From positions 82,400,458-82,464,457 of the forward strand of contig NC_057718.1 in NCBI RefSeq assembly GCF_004010195.1: 64,000 bases of DNA, given 5' to 3'. This document shows, one piece after another, positions 11,781 to 23,239 of this stretch. The position numbers were made by a program, and so were the translations under genes. Each line of letters starts with the position of its first letter. Position 1 is the stretch's first letter. This stretch comes from Chiloscyllium plagiosum. Lineage: Eukaryota. Under the pieces are notes generated by a model that was not told the DNA's origin, ran no database searches, and worked only from the letters and a program-made list of their open reading frames with translations.

Positions 11781-13086
11781 GGCTGCAATGAGTAATGGCA
11801 ATTAGCTCATACCTATTTACCTTTATTTGTGCTTTCAGATCATCAAATGCTGCATGCGTTCAGGTAGATGACATGAGCTTTGTCTTTTTGACATCATTCA
11901 GCGTTTGAAGCATACGCGGTGCCTCACTTTGTTTCTCTGTCATCTAGCCTCCATAGATACTTTTCTACTTCCTGTTACCACTTTACTTCCTTCCAAAGCC
12001 TTGGCTTCCCATTTCCCTCACAATCCAGTTTTAGCACACCCCAACAGCACCATGAATTCTCCCTGTGAGGTTACCAGTCCTGTTAAGATATAACCAATTC
12101 ACCTTCTACAGGTCTCACCTGCTCCAGAACTGGTCTCAAAGCCTCAGAAACCTGATGCCCATAGCTATGCCAGTTCTCCAGCATGCATTCAATCAATCCA
12201 ATGCTCCTGTCCTTATGCTCACTGGGATTAATATTGTGAGTACTGGTTGAGTTATTTTTCTTTTTTTTTCCTAATTCACTGAGATCTGCTTTCAGGACCT
12301 TTCTGTCTTCCTACTATGTCATTGGTACCAATGTGGACTATGACGTCTTGCTAATTCCCTCCCCCAGAAGGAGATCCTGCAACTACTCTGTGATATCCTT
12401 GATCTTGGCATCATCTGCCTACTATGGAATCTCCTTTTACTATTGCCCTTCCATTCTTCTTCCTCCCCCACTGTACAGTGGAGCTACCCGTGGTACCACG
12501 GACTTGGATCCAGCTGCATCTCCCTGAGGAATCATTGCCCTCACCAGTTTCCAAAATGGAATTTTGATTAATAAACATGATAAACTTAAGCAGGCAGTTC
12601 AGGCATCCCCTGGTTCTCCTAGACATCCTGGAGGTCACTCACTCTCTCTCTGCCTGCACAATTCTAACCTGCTGTGTGACCGTATACAGGCTAGTCATGC
12701 AATCCTATGGCTTGTGGAGAGACTCCAGCCATGGCTCAAGTTCCAAATGTTGGAGCTCAAGCTATCCAGCTAGTAAATGTGAATGTGTATATCTGGGGCA
12801 CATGGCACGTCTATGACCTCACACATACTGCAGGATATACACTCTCACTTGGCCCAGCTGATCTGCCTTCCTTAATGTTCAAAACTATTGGTTATTCATA
12901 GAATAAAGTCAAAACACCTACAAATAAATTAACTTTGTTTCAATTATGTAAACTTCATTTTCCCTCTTGTTCTTTAAAGTCATAGACCATTGGTACAGAA
13001 GTGGGCCATCCAGTGAGACTATGGCTGCTTTGATAATCTTCAACTCCATTTTCCTGTCTTTTCCCCATAACCTTTAATTCCCTTAT

Positions 13087-13285
13087 TGATTGGTTTAGTT
13101 GGCTAAATGGTTGGTTTGCGATGCAGAGTGATGCCAACAGCATGGGTTCAATTCCTGCACTGGCTGCAATTATCATTAAGGCCTCACCTGAGACATGGTG
13201 AGTCTGAGGTTCAACTCACCACCTATCATCTCTCTCTCTCACATGAGTCAGGAGTTCTTTGGGACTATGGTAACTTTACCTTACT
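13087..13285 (+). mobile_element. tRNA-derived SINE (unassigned family)
   Basis: A-box-like ggtttagttgg, B-box gggttcaattcc, actttaccttac tail; related copies at about 51090-51250 (+) and 29330-29425 (-). Confidence 0.6.
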
Positions 13286-13319
13286 GATTCAAAATCTATC
13301 TCACCCTTGAATATATAAC

Positions 13320-13657
13320 CCCTTCAGTGTGGAAACTGACCATTTGGCCCAACAGTCCATACTGACGCTCTGAAGAGTAACCCACCCAGACCCATTCCCT
13401 GACCCTATTACTCGACACTTACCCCTGACTAATGCACCTAACCTACACATCCCTGAACACTATGAGCAAATTAGTATGGCCAATTCACTTAACCTGCACA
13501 TCTTTAGATTGTGGGAAGAAAGTGGACCACCTGGAGGAAACTCATATTTCACGGGGAGAATGTGCAAACTCCACACTGCCAGTGGCCCAAGGCTGGAATT
13601 GAACCTGGATTCCTGGCGCTATGAGGCAGCATGCTCCCAATTGCCACCGTGCTGCCA
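13320..13657 (-). mobile_element. HE1 SINE
   Basis: Family motifs. Confidence 0.9.
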
Positions 13658-15209
13658 TACTTAATGACCCAGCCTCAAAAGCACATGTGGTGAAGGATTC
13701 CATAGATTCACAACCCTCTTTGCTCTGAGCCATGAACTATTTTCTTAAATATCTGCCATTGAACATCAATCAATTTTTGCTGCTAAACTCCTCTCCCAGT
13801 CAAACCACCCATATCTGCCTTCATTATTCTAATGTAACACAGTTGTTTCCAACTCAAGTTCATTCCTCTCAAACTGAATTCTAAATTCTACCATTATATT
13901 GGGATCTTCTCCTCTAAACATAATTTATTAAACCTAAATCATTACACATCAAATTGGCCTGATCTCTGACTGGATCACAACATATTGTTATGGAAAACTG
14001 TCCCTGACACGCTCTATGAATTCTTCCTCATGGTTCCCTCAGCCAATCTGACTATCCCATCTACAGGAAGGTGAAAATCACCTGTGATTAATATAATTCC
14101 TTTGTTACATATCATTACCTCCTGATTTATTCCTGTGACACTCTATAGCTAGGTTACCTATAGATTACTCCTTTACCATAGGGTCTTGTTGTCCCTTTTT
14201 GTTTCCTACTTCCACCCATATGGATTCTACATCTTCTGATTCAAAATCATTTCATGCTATTTCATCCTCCACCACCATTTCCTTCCTGCCTATCCTTTTG
14301 GGAAGTCACAGTCCTGAATATTTAATTCCCAGATTAGATCTCCTTGTAACCATGTCTCTGTCATAGGATTATATGCATTAACTTGTATTTGTGCAATTAA
14401 CTCATTTACTTTGTTGCAAACACTGCATGCATTCAACTAAAGAGTCAGCAATTTTGTCTTGTTGCCATTATTTCCCAAATTTGCTGCTGCTTTTCTGTGA
14501 TTGTATCATCTGTCCCCTTCCTGTCCCATTCTGAGTATCTTTATCCAAACAGCTACCCTGCAATTCTGCCATATCCTCTTGCTTTGCATCCCCCTCTCCC
14601 AATTGCCCTCCCTCTAATTAGGCTAAAGCCCTCTCTACAGTCCTAATTATTTGATTTGCCGGAACATAGGTCCCAATATAGCTCAAGTGAAGCCCATCCC
14701 AGTGAAGCAACTCCCTTTTCACCCAATACTGGTGCCAGTGGCCCATGAACTGAAAGCCAATCCACCCACATTGATCTTTTTGAACCGCGCATTTTCCTCC
14801 TTGACTTTATTTACCCAATGCCAGTTTGCCTATGGCTCAGGTAGTAATCCAGAGATTATTCCCTGGCTGTTCTCCTTTCTAATTTAGTTCCCAACTGTTC
14901 AAACATTTCAACAAAGCCTCCTTTCTAGTCTTGTAGCAATGTGGTCGCTACCAATGCGGATGATAACCACTGGATCCCTCCAATCTCTCTCCATGTTTCT
15001 CTTCAATCCGAAGCAGATGTCCTTAACCTTGGAAATCCAAGTAGCTACTTCAAATATATCCCAGCAAAAGCCAAGTTCTCTGGGAGACAATGTGGGTGAT
15101 AGGGAGGAGTAATAGTTGAGAGGTAAGCCTTTGGCCTGGTGCTGATAAACTCAAACTATTCCATCATCTAACCAGAGGTAAGCAAGACTTTACTGCAGTT
15201 CTGTACTGA

Positions 15210-15565
15210 ACCAGTGATATAAGCTCATGATCCAGCAAATCACGAGATCAAATCCCATTGCCTTTGGTGGTTTGACAATTGGAATTTAGGTTATTAAAGT
15301 AAAAGCCAACATCAGTTAAAGTGAACACAAAGCCTTAAAAAAAAACTGTAGTCATTTAAGGATGATTAAGGCTGTCTTTACCTGGCCTAGTCTGAGTCCA
15401 TCTCACATGAATTTGTGTGACTTTTACATGTCACTCAGTTGCAGCAGTTTGATACAAAGAAACCGTGCTCCATGAAGAATGTCCACCACCATTTTCTCAG
15501 AAAGCTCAGGGGCAGGCAAGAATGCTAGTGTTGACAGCAATGCCCCCATCCTGAGAATGAATTTA
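15210..15565 (+). mobile_element. Meta-domain-like SINE, old
   Basis: tctttacctggcctagtc core; ggcaagaatgctagtgttgacagcaatgccc tail. Confidence 0.5.
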
Positions 15566-16834
15566 ATGAGAAATGATAGGAGGGGGTTAAAAGGAAGAAA
15601 ATATAAGAAGTCATGCAACATCTGAATGAAAGCACAAGCATGTAGCAATTTGATAAAGTTGAGTGAATCTTGTCTTACACCCGAGCTTCTCTTATCAAGT
15701 TAACATGAGCAATCCAAATGCTTATGGGAGCATTGTCTGTTGCAAGTGCAGGAACGGTGCCAAAGAGTGCAATAACTAGCATTCTGTTCACATATGGAAT
15801 TCAACACTCCTAGGCCGCCAGGGACCTCCTCAAGAGACTACATTCTAGGAATCTCTCTTCCTTGTGGCAGAACACTTGGAAAGGCCTCTGCTCTGTGAAA
15901 ACAATCTGAGATCACTCAGCCGGCAGTGGGCTGACCTGTCAGACACAGGCAGCCTTTGTATCCCCAAGTAAAATGCAGCGCTCAGACTCAAAACAGAGAC
16001 AGGCACTGACTGGATATTCTGTGAACACTAACTACACACATACAAAGTATGGGTGGATGAATTTCCAGAGTACGGGAACTTGTAACATATCACCATGACA
16101 TACATTTTTGTTTTGTTTGTTTAGGATGTTGTTTTTAAAAAATGTATAATTGAATGAAGTATATTAGTTTTCAATCTATACCCCTCGTCTGCAAAGCCTT
16201 GTCCTGACTAGTCAATGTTCTAAATATTGACAGCTAAGGATTGACAGACATCACCCTGAGTACCTCAGCAATGTGGCTATTCTCATGTGAACCTAGAGAG
16301 GGAGTGTTGGTAGCTTACCCAAGCTTGCAGTCATCACAATTACCCTGATCTTATGCTAATGTCTTTAGGATTTGAGCATAAAATTACCCATGACCTAGCG
16401 TTGGAGAAGAGCAGGGGAGTTGTCCCCAGAATTGATCCCTGATCATTTTGTCAATTATCATAATATTAACTTCTGCTAACAGATCTTTTCACGACCACAT
16501 TCACAGATTTGACATCAAGAAAATTGTAATTAAGTAAACGTACTGATTCCACTCTGAACCTCAGTGTAGCTACCAGGCAACTTCAGTAATGACTATAGAA
16601 AAATAGCGGAAGTAAACTCTTCAGGCTACAAGATGACCTTGCTCTCATCACTATTCGCAATCTAAGTGCATCCGAAATTGCTTTAACCAAAGAATTGGAA
16701 AAATGGCCAATTTGAGTATAGCAAGGTCACACATTGAGCAATAAGCTAGTGACTGGATAGCTTGATATTTAGTGCATTGATTGATGTACAAGTATTGGCC
16801 AGGGGAGACCATGAAGGACTTCCATACTCTTAAG

Positions 16835-17750
16835 GACATAGAACATAAAACATGCAGCACAGGAACAGACCCTTGTCTGTGCCGATTATGATACCATTAT
16901 AAAATAATCCCTTCAGCCTGCACATGGTCTATATCCCTGTATTCCCTGCCTGTTCATGTGTCTGTCTGAATACCATTTAAACTTTGTTAACATACCTGTT
17001 TCTACAATCTTCCCTTGCTGTGAGTCCCAGGAACCCCATCATCATCGATGTAAAAACCTTTCCTCACCCATCTCCTTTAAACTTTTCACTTCTCTCCCTA
17101 CTATTAAATCACTAAAGAGCATCTCTATCAGACCTAACTTGCTACCCTATCCCTGTAATCCTCATTGTCTGTGGCTAATCCACCCAGCCTGCGTACTCCT
17201 AGACACTATGGGCGACTTAGCATGGCCTATCCATCTAACCTGCATGTCTTTGGACTGTGGGAGGAAACCGGAGCACCCAAAGGAAACCCACACAGACACA
17301 GGGAAAACGTATTTGATATTTTCACCCTGGGAAAAGACTCTGAGTATCCATCCTACCCATGCCTCTTGTAATTCCACACACCTCCACTAGGTTGCCCCTC
17401 AGCCTCTGACACTCCAGCGAAAACAATCCAAGTTTGTACATCCTCTCCTTATTGCAAATATACTTCAATCCAGGCAACACACTGACAAACCTCCCCTGCA
17501 CCTTCTCCAAAGCCTTCATGTACTTCCTGCAGTGTGGTGACCAAATCTGCGCACAATACTCCAAACGTGGCCCAATCAAAGTCCTATACAGCTGCAACGT
17601 GACTTGCCAATTTTTATACTCAGTGTCCTGACTGATGAAGACAAACACACCGCACGCCCATTGCACCCCACCCCACCCACCCATCCACCCACCCGCGTTC
17701 CTACTTTCTGGGACCATTGGACCTCTTCTTGGAAAAGTGGGATCTTCGTA
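16835..17750 (-). mobile_element. CR1 3' end with an internal HE1 fragment (17110-17310)
   Basis: LQLYRTLIGPRLEYCAQIWSPH in ORF 17322-17717; HE1 V-domain at 17.25 kb. Confidence 0.85.
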
Positions 17751-18789
17751 GCCACCAGGGAGGGCAGACAGGGCCTAGAGTTACAGTCTCACCCCAAAGG
17801 GGGCTGCTCTGACAAAGCAGTGTCCCTCAGTTCAAAGGAGAATACACAGATAAAAAGTGCAGAAGTTCCTGTTTCAGGAACAGCCCAGAATATGCATGTA
17901 GTCATTGCGACGATAAACGGAGCCAAGTGTTGAATTGGAAATAAGGGTAGGAAATGACACCACAGAACTGGCCGTAAAAGCCGTGACAGAACAGCATGAG
18001 CATTCTTCAGCAGAGCGCAGCAAGGCAAAATGATAAAAACGAGGGATAAAAGCCAGGCCAAACAGCTGTCAGACAGCAGGAAATGATTCCAACCGAGAGA
18101 AAGACTTTGATGGTGCCTGAGAATGGTTTGAACATCTTGTACTTATTTTCTGAAGTAAAGTAAACAATCTTTGAAGTCCTAATTTGATCTTGTTCAGTTG
18201 ACACACAGGCCTCGTGATAAAGTGAGGTGAAGGGGCTATGCTAAAAAATGGTGCCGTTTTCACTCAGACACTTTTTTGTACCTTGAGCCCTCACTTCCAA
18301 GTTCCCCACACTAGATTTATGCCCCAGAGAGGACACATTTAATGGATAGATGTTACAATGTAAAAACCACCAGAACTACAAATAGTACCTTGCGAGCATG
18401 TAAGTCTCATTTATCAAGCAGCATGATGATTAGCACTCAAGCACCAGGGACCTGGGTTTGATTCCAACCTCAGGCAACTGTCGAGTTTGTACATTCTCCC
18501 TGTGTGTTTCCTCCAGGTTCCTCCCACAGGGAGTGGGGAGGAGTCTAGGGTGAAGTGAATAAATGTTCAACTGGGTTTAGAGATGGTGTCCAGGTGGAAG
18601 GTGTACACTTGCCCTGCAGGGCTGCTCCCTCCAGGCCTCATAAAGATTGAATTAAAACCTGGCTTTCATTCTCGTTGCACCCCTCAACATGAATAGTCAG
18701 GGTCAGTGAGATAGGGGAGGTGGGCAGCTGGGAAGTGGGTGCCTGGGGAGAGTGGTGACTAACTAGTTAAGTGGAGTGAATGGGAAGGT

Positions 18790-19685
18790 GCTGCAGTCAC
18801 CCGGGCCATCTTCCAGTTTTTATGGAGGTCAAAGATGGACCGGGTCCGAAGGGACTCACTGTATAAAGATCTGGGCAACGGGGGAAAAAAATACACCCAA
18901 TGCCACCCTCACCCTGATGGCCACCTTTGTGTGTGGCTGCATCAAGCTGTGCGTGGATCCCCGGTACGCAAACACCAAGTGTCACTACGTACTGAGGTTC
19001 TACCTGTCCCCGGTGTTGCGAAGGATGGGCCTGGCCTCGCTGCCACGGAACGCTCCAAGTAGTTGGANNNNNNNNNNNNNNNNNNNNNNNNNNNNNNNNN
19101 NNNNNNNNNNNNNNNNNNNNNNNNNNNNNNNNNNNNNNNNNNNNNNNNNNNNNNNNNNNNNNNNNNNNNNNNNNNNNNNNNNNNNNNNNNNNNNNNNNNN
19201 NNNNNNNNNNNNNNNNNNNNNNNNNNNNNNNNNNNNNNNNNNNNNNNNNNNNNNNNNNNNNNNNNNNNNNNNNNNNNNNNNNNNNNNNNNNNNGACGCTC
19301 TCTGGGCGGTCTGAAACCTGTTGATCTTCCAGCTGAAGGAGTTGACCCCGACTGAGTTTTGCAGACTGGCACATTCCAAGGTCCAGGACTATGTGCTGAG
19401 GGACGCGCTGAAGATTGGGGCAGCTGCCGCCAAGGCGCGGTGGGGAAAGACCAACGTGTAACATCTGCCTGCCTAACGAAGAACAGGGGGCTCACGCAGT
19501 CATTTGGGCTCTGCTGACGCCTCAGCTAAATATATGGGCACATGATTAAAAAACATACAGACCTGTATATAAAAATGATAAATTCTGATCTCTGTATGTA
19601 AATGTTTACGTATGTATGGCATGACCAACTGTACAGACCATCAAATTATTTTATGAATAAAGTATATTTTTGAAATAAAAAAAAA
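18790..19685 (+). mobile_element. Tx1-clade LINE, young 5'-truncated copy with A tail
   Basis: AIFQFLWRSKMDRVRRD, CGCIKLCVDPRYANTKCHYVLRFYLSP, RLAHSKVQDYVLRDALK; CpG retained; aataaa and oligo-A at 19.66-19.685 kb. Confidence 0.85.
19068..19293. other. Assembly gap (226 N)
   Basis: Run of N. Confidence 1.
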
Positions 19686-19689
19686 GGCT

Positions 19690-19830
19690 AGCTCAGGGAG
19701 GTGGATAGCTGGAGGAAGTGGGTGAGATGGGTAGTTGGGGTAGATGAGTGAGATGGGTCACTTGGGGAGGTGGGTGTGATGGGTAGCTGAGTTTGATGGG
19801 TATTTGGGGGAGGTGGGTGAGCTGGATTTT
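19690..19830 (+). repeat. Degenerate G-rich minisatellite (unit about 27 bp, gggaggtgggtgagatgggtagttgg)
   Basis: Recurring units; similar units at 18705-18790. Confidence 0.6.
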
Positions 19831-20449
19831 GGGTCAGGTTTGCAATTGGAATGGTTTGGGGTATTCAGGTCACATTAAAGTTGTGGTGAGGCCAGGAGCC
19901 ATTTGGAACAGCTCAGACAATGGGGCAATGGGCTTAGGTCAGCGTTAGTCTGGTGGCTGAGTGTTAGTCAGCATGGACCAGCTGGAAGTCAGATTGGTAG
20001 TTGGGGATTCAGGGCAGTGATGGTTGGGGATTCGTTGTGTGCTGAACCGTTTGACTAGGTTTTCGTCTGTCAACTTTTAACTAGCCAAGCAAGTACGGCA
20101 GATCTATTTTGAAGTTCTCTGACTCGAACTTAGAATCTGGGAGGTAGAGGGTTTGCCCAGTTGAAGTTTAAGTTAAGTTGGCAAATACCATGTGGGTCTG
20201 TGCATCTGGACTTCCACAGGATCTTCAGTTGTATGATTTGCTCTCTGGAGACCAGAAGATCTGGCTTTTGAATATGGCTCCTATGGCAGCACCTGACCAG
20301 CTGAAAATCTGGCCTAGTTAAACTTTGGAAGTCAGATGGACCTTGCTTTACTATCTCATACAAAAGGTGGACCCTCAGTGCAGCACTCCATCAGTGGTAA
20401 TGTATTATAATATCTTATAAGCCAGAGGCCAGTTTTTGCGTCCCTATGT

Positions 20450-20748
20450 AGGGTGGCACGGGGGCTCAGTGGTTAGCACTGCTGCCTCACAGTGCCAGGG
20501 ACCCGGGTTCGATTCCAGCCTCGAGTGACTGTCTGCGTGGAGTTTGTACATTCTCCCAGTGTCTGCATGGGTTTCCTCCGGGTGCTCTGGTGCATTGGCC
20601 ATGTTAAATTGATCATAGTGTTCAGGGATGTGCATTAGTCAGGGGTAAATATAGGGTGGAGGCAATGGGTCTAGGTGGGTTGCTGTTCGGATGGTTGGTG
20701 TGGATTTGTTGGGCCGAAGGGCCTGTTTCCACACTGTAGGGATTCTCT
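20450..20748 (+). mobile_element. HE1 SINE
   Basis: gggtggcacgggggctcagtggttagcactg head with gggttcgattcc B-box. Confidence 0.9.
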
Positions 20749-21048
20749 GTATGTGGCATTTACTTAGTGAAAACACATTGCTACTAAAATTGAATGTGCC
20801 TGATTTGTGGTTTCCTCCGGGTGCTCCGGTGCATTGGCCATGCTAAATTGATCATAGTGTTCCGGGATGTGCATTAGTCAGGGGTAAATATAGGGTGGAG
20901 ACAATGGGTCTGGGTGGGTTGCTGTTCGGATGATCGGCGTGGATTTGTTGGGCCGAAGGGCCTGTTTCCACACTGTAGGGATTCTCTGTATGTGGCATTT
21001 ACTTAGTGAAAACACATTGCTACTAAAATTGAATGTGCCTGATTTGTG
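20571..21048 (+). repeat. 239-bp tandem duplication (2 units)
   Basis: 20571-20809 versus 20810-21048, 8 substitutions counted. Confidence 0.95.
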
Positions 21049-21329
21049 TGTAGTTATCACATTCTAACAGAAAGCAACCTACAGCTTTCTAAATTCGTCT
21101 GATGGAATGGATACAAAACTACATGGTACAGGGCAAAGAGTTTTCCAGAGGCTCATACAGATCTCATTGAAATAGCTAGATAAACACATGTCTATTCTGG
21201 GGTACTTGTGAGTCAATCTTTAGGGCAAAAACTTCAGGGCATGCAGGATGGAAAAACAAAAGAGCATGAATCACTTAATAGCATAGTTTATAAATGCCAG
21301 TAAAAGAGAACGTCTTCAGCCCACTTATA

Positions 21330-21700
21330 AAATGGTACTTTATCAGTGGGCTAACTTATACAAACAAGTTTCACCAACTTGGAAACATGGAAAGATTTAC
21401 ATTACAAGTGGCCTTGAAATCCCCTGGATGCTTAAAATGATCGGGAATGTACTTAAAAATAGAGTTCTGCCATTTAGGACAGAAATCAGAGAGCACCTTT
21501 CTGCAGTAAAAGTGAATTCCCTCCCACAAAAGATTGGGAAAATGGAACTTTTTGGACTGAAGTTGATGAATTATTAAGTTTATTTCAGGATACTGATCGA
21601 AGATGGGTTAATGGAGTTCAGGTACATATCAGCGATGATCTAATTAAATGACAGAACAGGCTGAAAAAGCTGAGTAACCTCCTTCAGTTCTCATGTTCAA
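21330..21700 (+). mobile_element. Old CR1 3' end
   Basis: FRTEIR...VNSLPQK motif and CR1-type 3' UTR. Confidence 0.6.
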
Positions 21701-22139
21701 TTAATTCACCTCAATAGCCAGAGCTTTTCTTTTCCAAACCTTCCACCAACATGTATTTTTTCTACCCAGGCCCACCAACATTTAACTCTGTGTTGGTAAC
21801 TCAACCTGTTTACTCCTTAACTGCAGCACTGCAAGCTTAAAGCGGAAGCCTAGTTCTGTTAAGTTTATGTAAAACATGTAGACCATGCATTTTTAAGTCT
21901 GCTTAAATAATAGGATGTATGTAATTATCTAATAGAGGGTTAATGACTGGGTGGGATAAATGAGTCGGTGAAATTCTGAGCTTGACAGTGGGAGCAAATC
22001 TTTTGTCAATTTAATTTAAATGATGAGATCTATCTATTTTAATCCAGTGGTTTGATACTGACATCCATATTGGATTATACTTCTGGATATTATACATATT
22101 TCAGTTATGCATTTATCCAAATACTAGCAACTACAATGT

Positions 22140-22555
22140 TTGGGTGTCAACCCTGGCTCAGTTGGAAGATCTCTCACCTCAGAGAGATGCTTCGAGTCCA
22201 CTTTCAAGTCCACTTTGCACATAATCTGGGCTAACTCACCAGTGTTTAATATTGAAAGAGTGTTGCCCAGTCATCTCTCAAACAGGGCATTAAACTGAAG
22301 CTCTTTCTGCCCTCCCAAGTGGATGTAAAACATGCCATGGCATTACTTTGAAGAAGATTGGAGAGTTCTCTCCATATCCTGGCTAATATTTTACCTTATA
22401 TTGACACCTAAAATATAAATGACCTGGACTTTATCAGAGTGTGGGAGTTTGTGTGCAAATGGGCTGCTTTATTTCATAACAAAAGGATTACACTTCAGAA
22501 GTAATTCATTGACTGTCAAGTGCTTTGGGATGAGCTGACACTCTAGAAGATATAA
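22140..22555 (+). mobile_element. Full-length Deu-domain SINE (SacSINE1-like)
   Basis: tRNA head ggctcagttgg, gagttctctccatatcctggctaatattt, gtgggagtttgtgtgcaaatgg and L2-type tail. Confidence 0.8.
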
Positions 22556-22819
22556 CACATTGTCCAGAAATCTACTGTTTAGAACCACCAGTTGTCCAGA
22601 CTTTTTTTACACAGACCCAAGCAACACATGGCGTTATTTGAAACAATACTTTGGGTGTGGAACATGTAAGGTAAAATATTTGGATAAATCAAAAGAAACC
22701 TTTGTTACAGTTTCATAACATTTAATGCTGTTATGCTTCAGATAAATATTTGTGTCCACAATTATTCATGTCCACAGGTTTTCTGGTTCACATACCTGTG
22801 GGTAGGTATTCTAATATTA

Positions 22820-22892
22820 TTCTACAATCCAGAAAAATCTGAAATCCAGAAATGAGTTGGTCCCAAGCATTTCAGACTGTAGAAGCTGTTGT
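22820..22892 (+). mobile_element. Tigger/pogo-like MITE end fragment
   Basis: tctgaaatcc...ggtcccaagcattt...tgta resembles Tigger4/MER46-type ends. Confidence 0.45.
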
Positions 22893-23145
22893 ATATAAAT
22901 ACAAGTTCTGTGCACTGACTTGAATGAGGGCAATGTCCCCTTGACTTTACTGTGATGTGGTACAAGGTGTGCTAACTCACTCCCTTCTGGTCCACAGTGA
23001 ATGTGTAATATCCTTAAGGCCATGACTAAATTCCACTGTAATGATGACAGTATGTCATTGATGTTAAAGAGATAGTTTCTGTCTCTTAGTACATGGTTAA
23101 AAATCACACAACAGCAAGTTAAAGTCCAACAGGTTTATTTGGAGG

Positions 23146-23180
23146 CACTAGCTTTCGGAGCGCTGCTCCTTCATCAGATG
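23146..23180 (-). ncRNA. Minimal hammerhead motif (antisense arm)
   Basis: Minus strand cat-CTGATGA-a-ggagc-agc-gctcc-GAAAGCTA-gtg. Confidence 0.7.
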
Positions 23181-23204
23181 GTTATGAAACAACTGTTTCA
23201 CAAC

Positions 23205-23239
23205 CACCTGATGAAGGAGCAGCGCTCCGAAAGCTAGTG
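23205..23239 (+). ncRNA. Minimal type I hammerhead ribozyme motif
   Basis: cac-CTGATGA-a-ggagc-agc-gctcc-GAAA-GCTA-gtg: stem I cac/gtg, 5-bp stem II, palindromic AGCT stem III, CUA triplet. Confidence 0.75.

Larger units (their letters stand above)
7745..12800 (-). mobile_element. Long decayed CR1 LINE (ORF1-EN-RT-3' UTR), interrupted by HE1 and PLE insertions
   Basis: Collinear motifs: IVKGDSIVGR (ORF1, 12.4 kb), ADFNLHIDW..FLEQYV (endonuclease, 11.3 kb), DVVYLNFQKTF (RT, 9.3 kb), 3' end at 7745. Confidence 0.85.
12980..15060 (-). mobile_element. Old CR1 fragments (3' end, endonuclease, ORF1) with SINE insertions
   Basis: CR1 3' UTR at 12980; EN-like sequence parallel to 11.2-11.8 kb; DPVVIIRIGSDH-like ORF1 motif at 14.9 kb. 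Confidence 0.7.

Noticed and set aside
15700..15840. Cys-rich reading frames on both strands
   Set aside because: Short, bounded by stops, without good splice or start context, and no recognised motif spacing.
18776..19495. Long overlapping ORFs
   Set aside because: Their length is inflated by the 226-N gap; the real sequence is Tx1 ORF2.
20450..20525. tRNA gene
   Set aside because: The A and B boxes belong to an HE1 SINE head; there is no cloverleaf or terminator.
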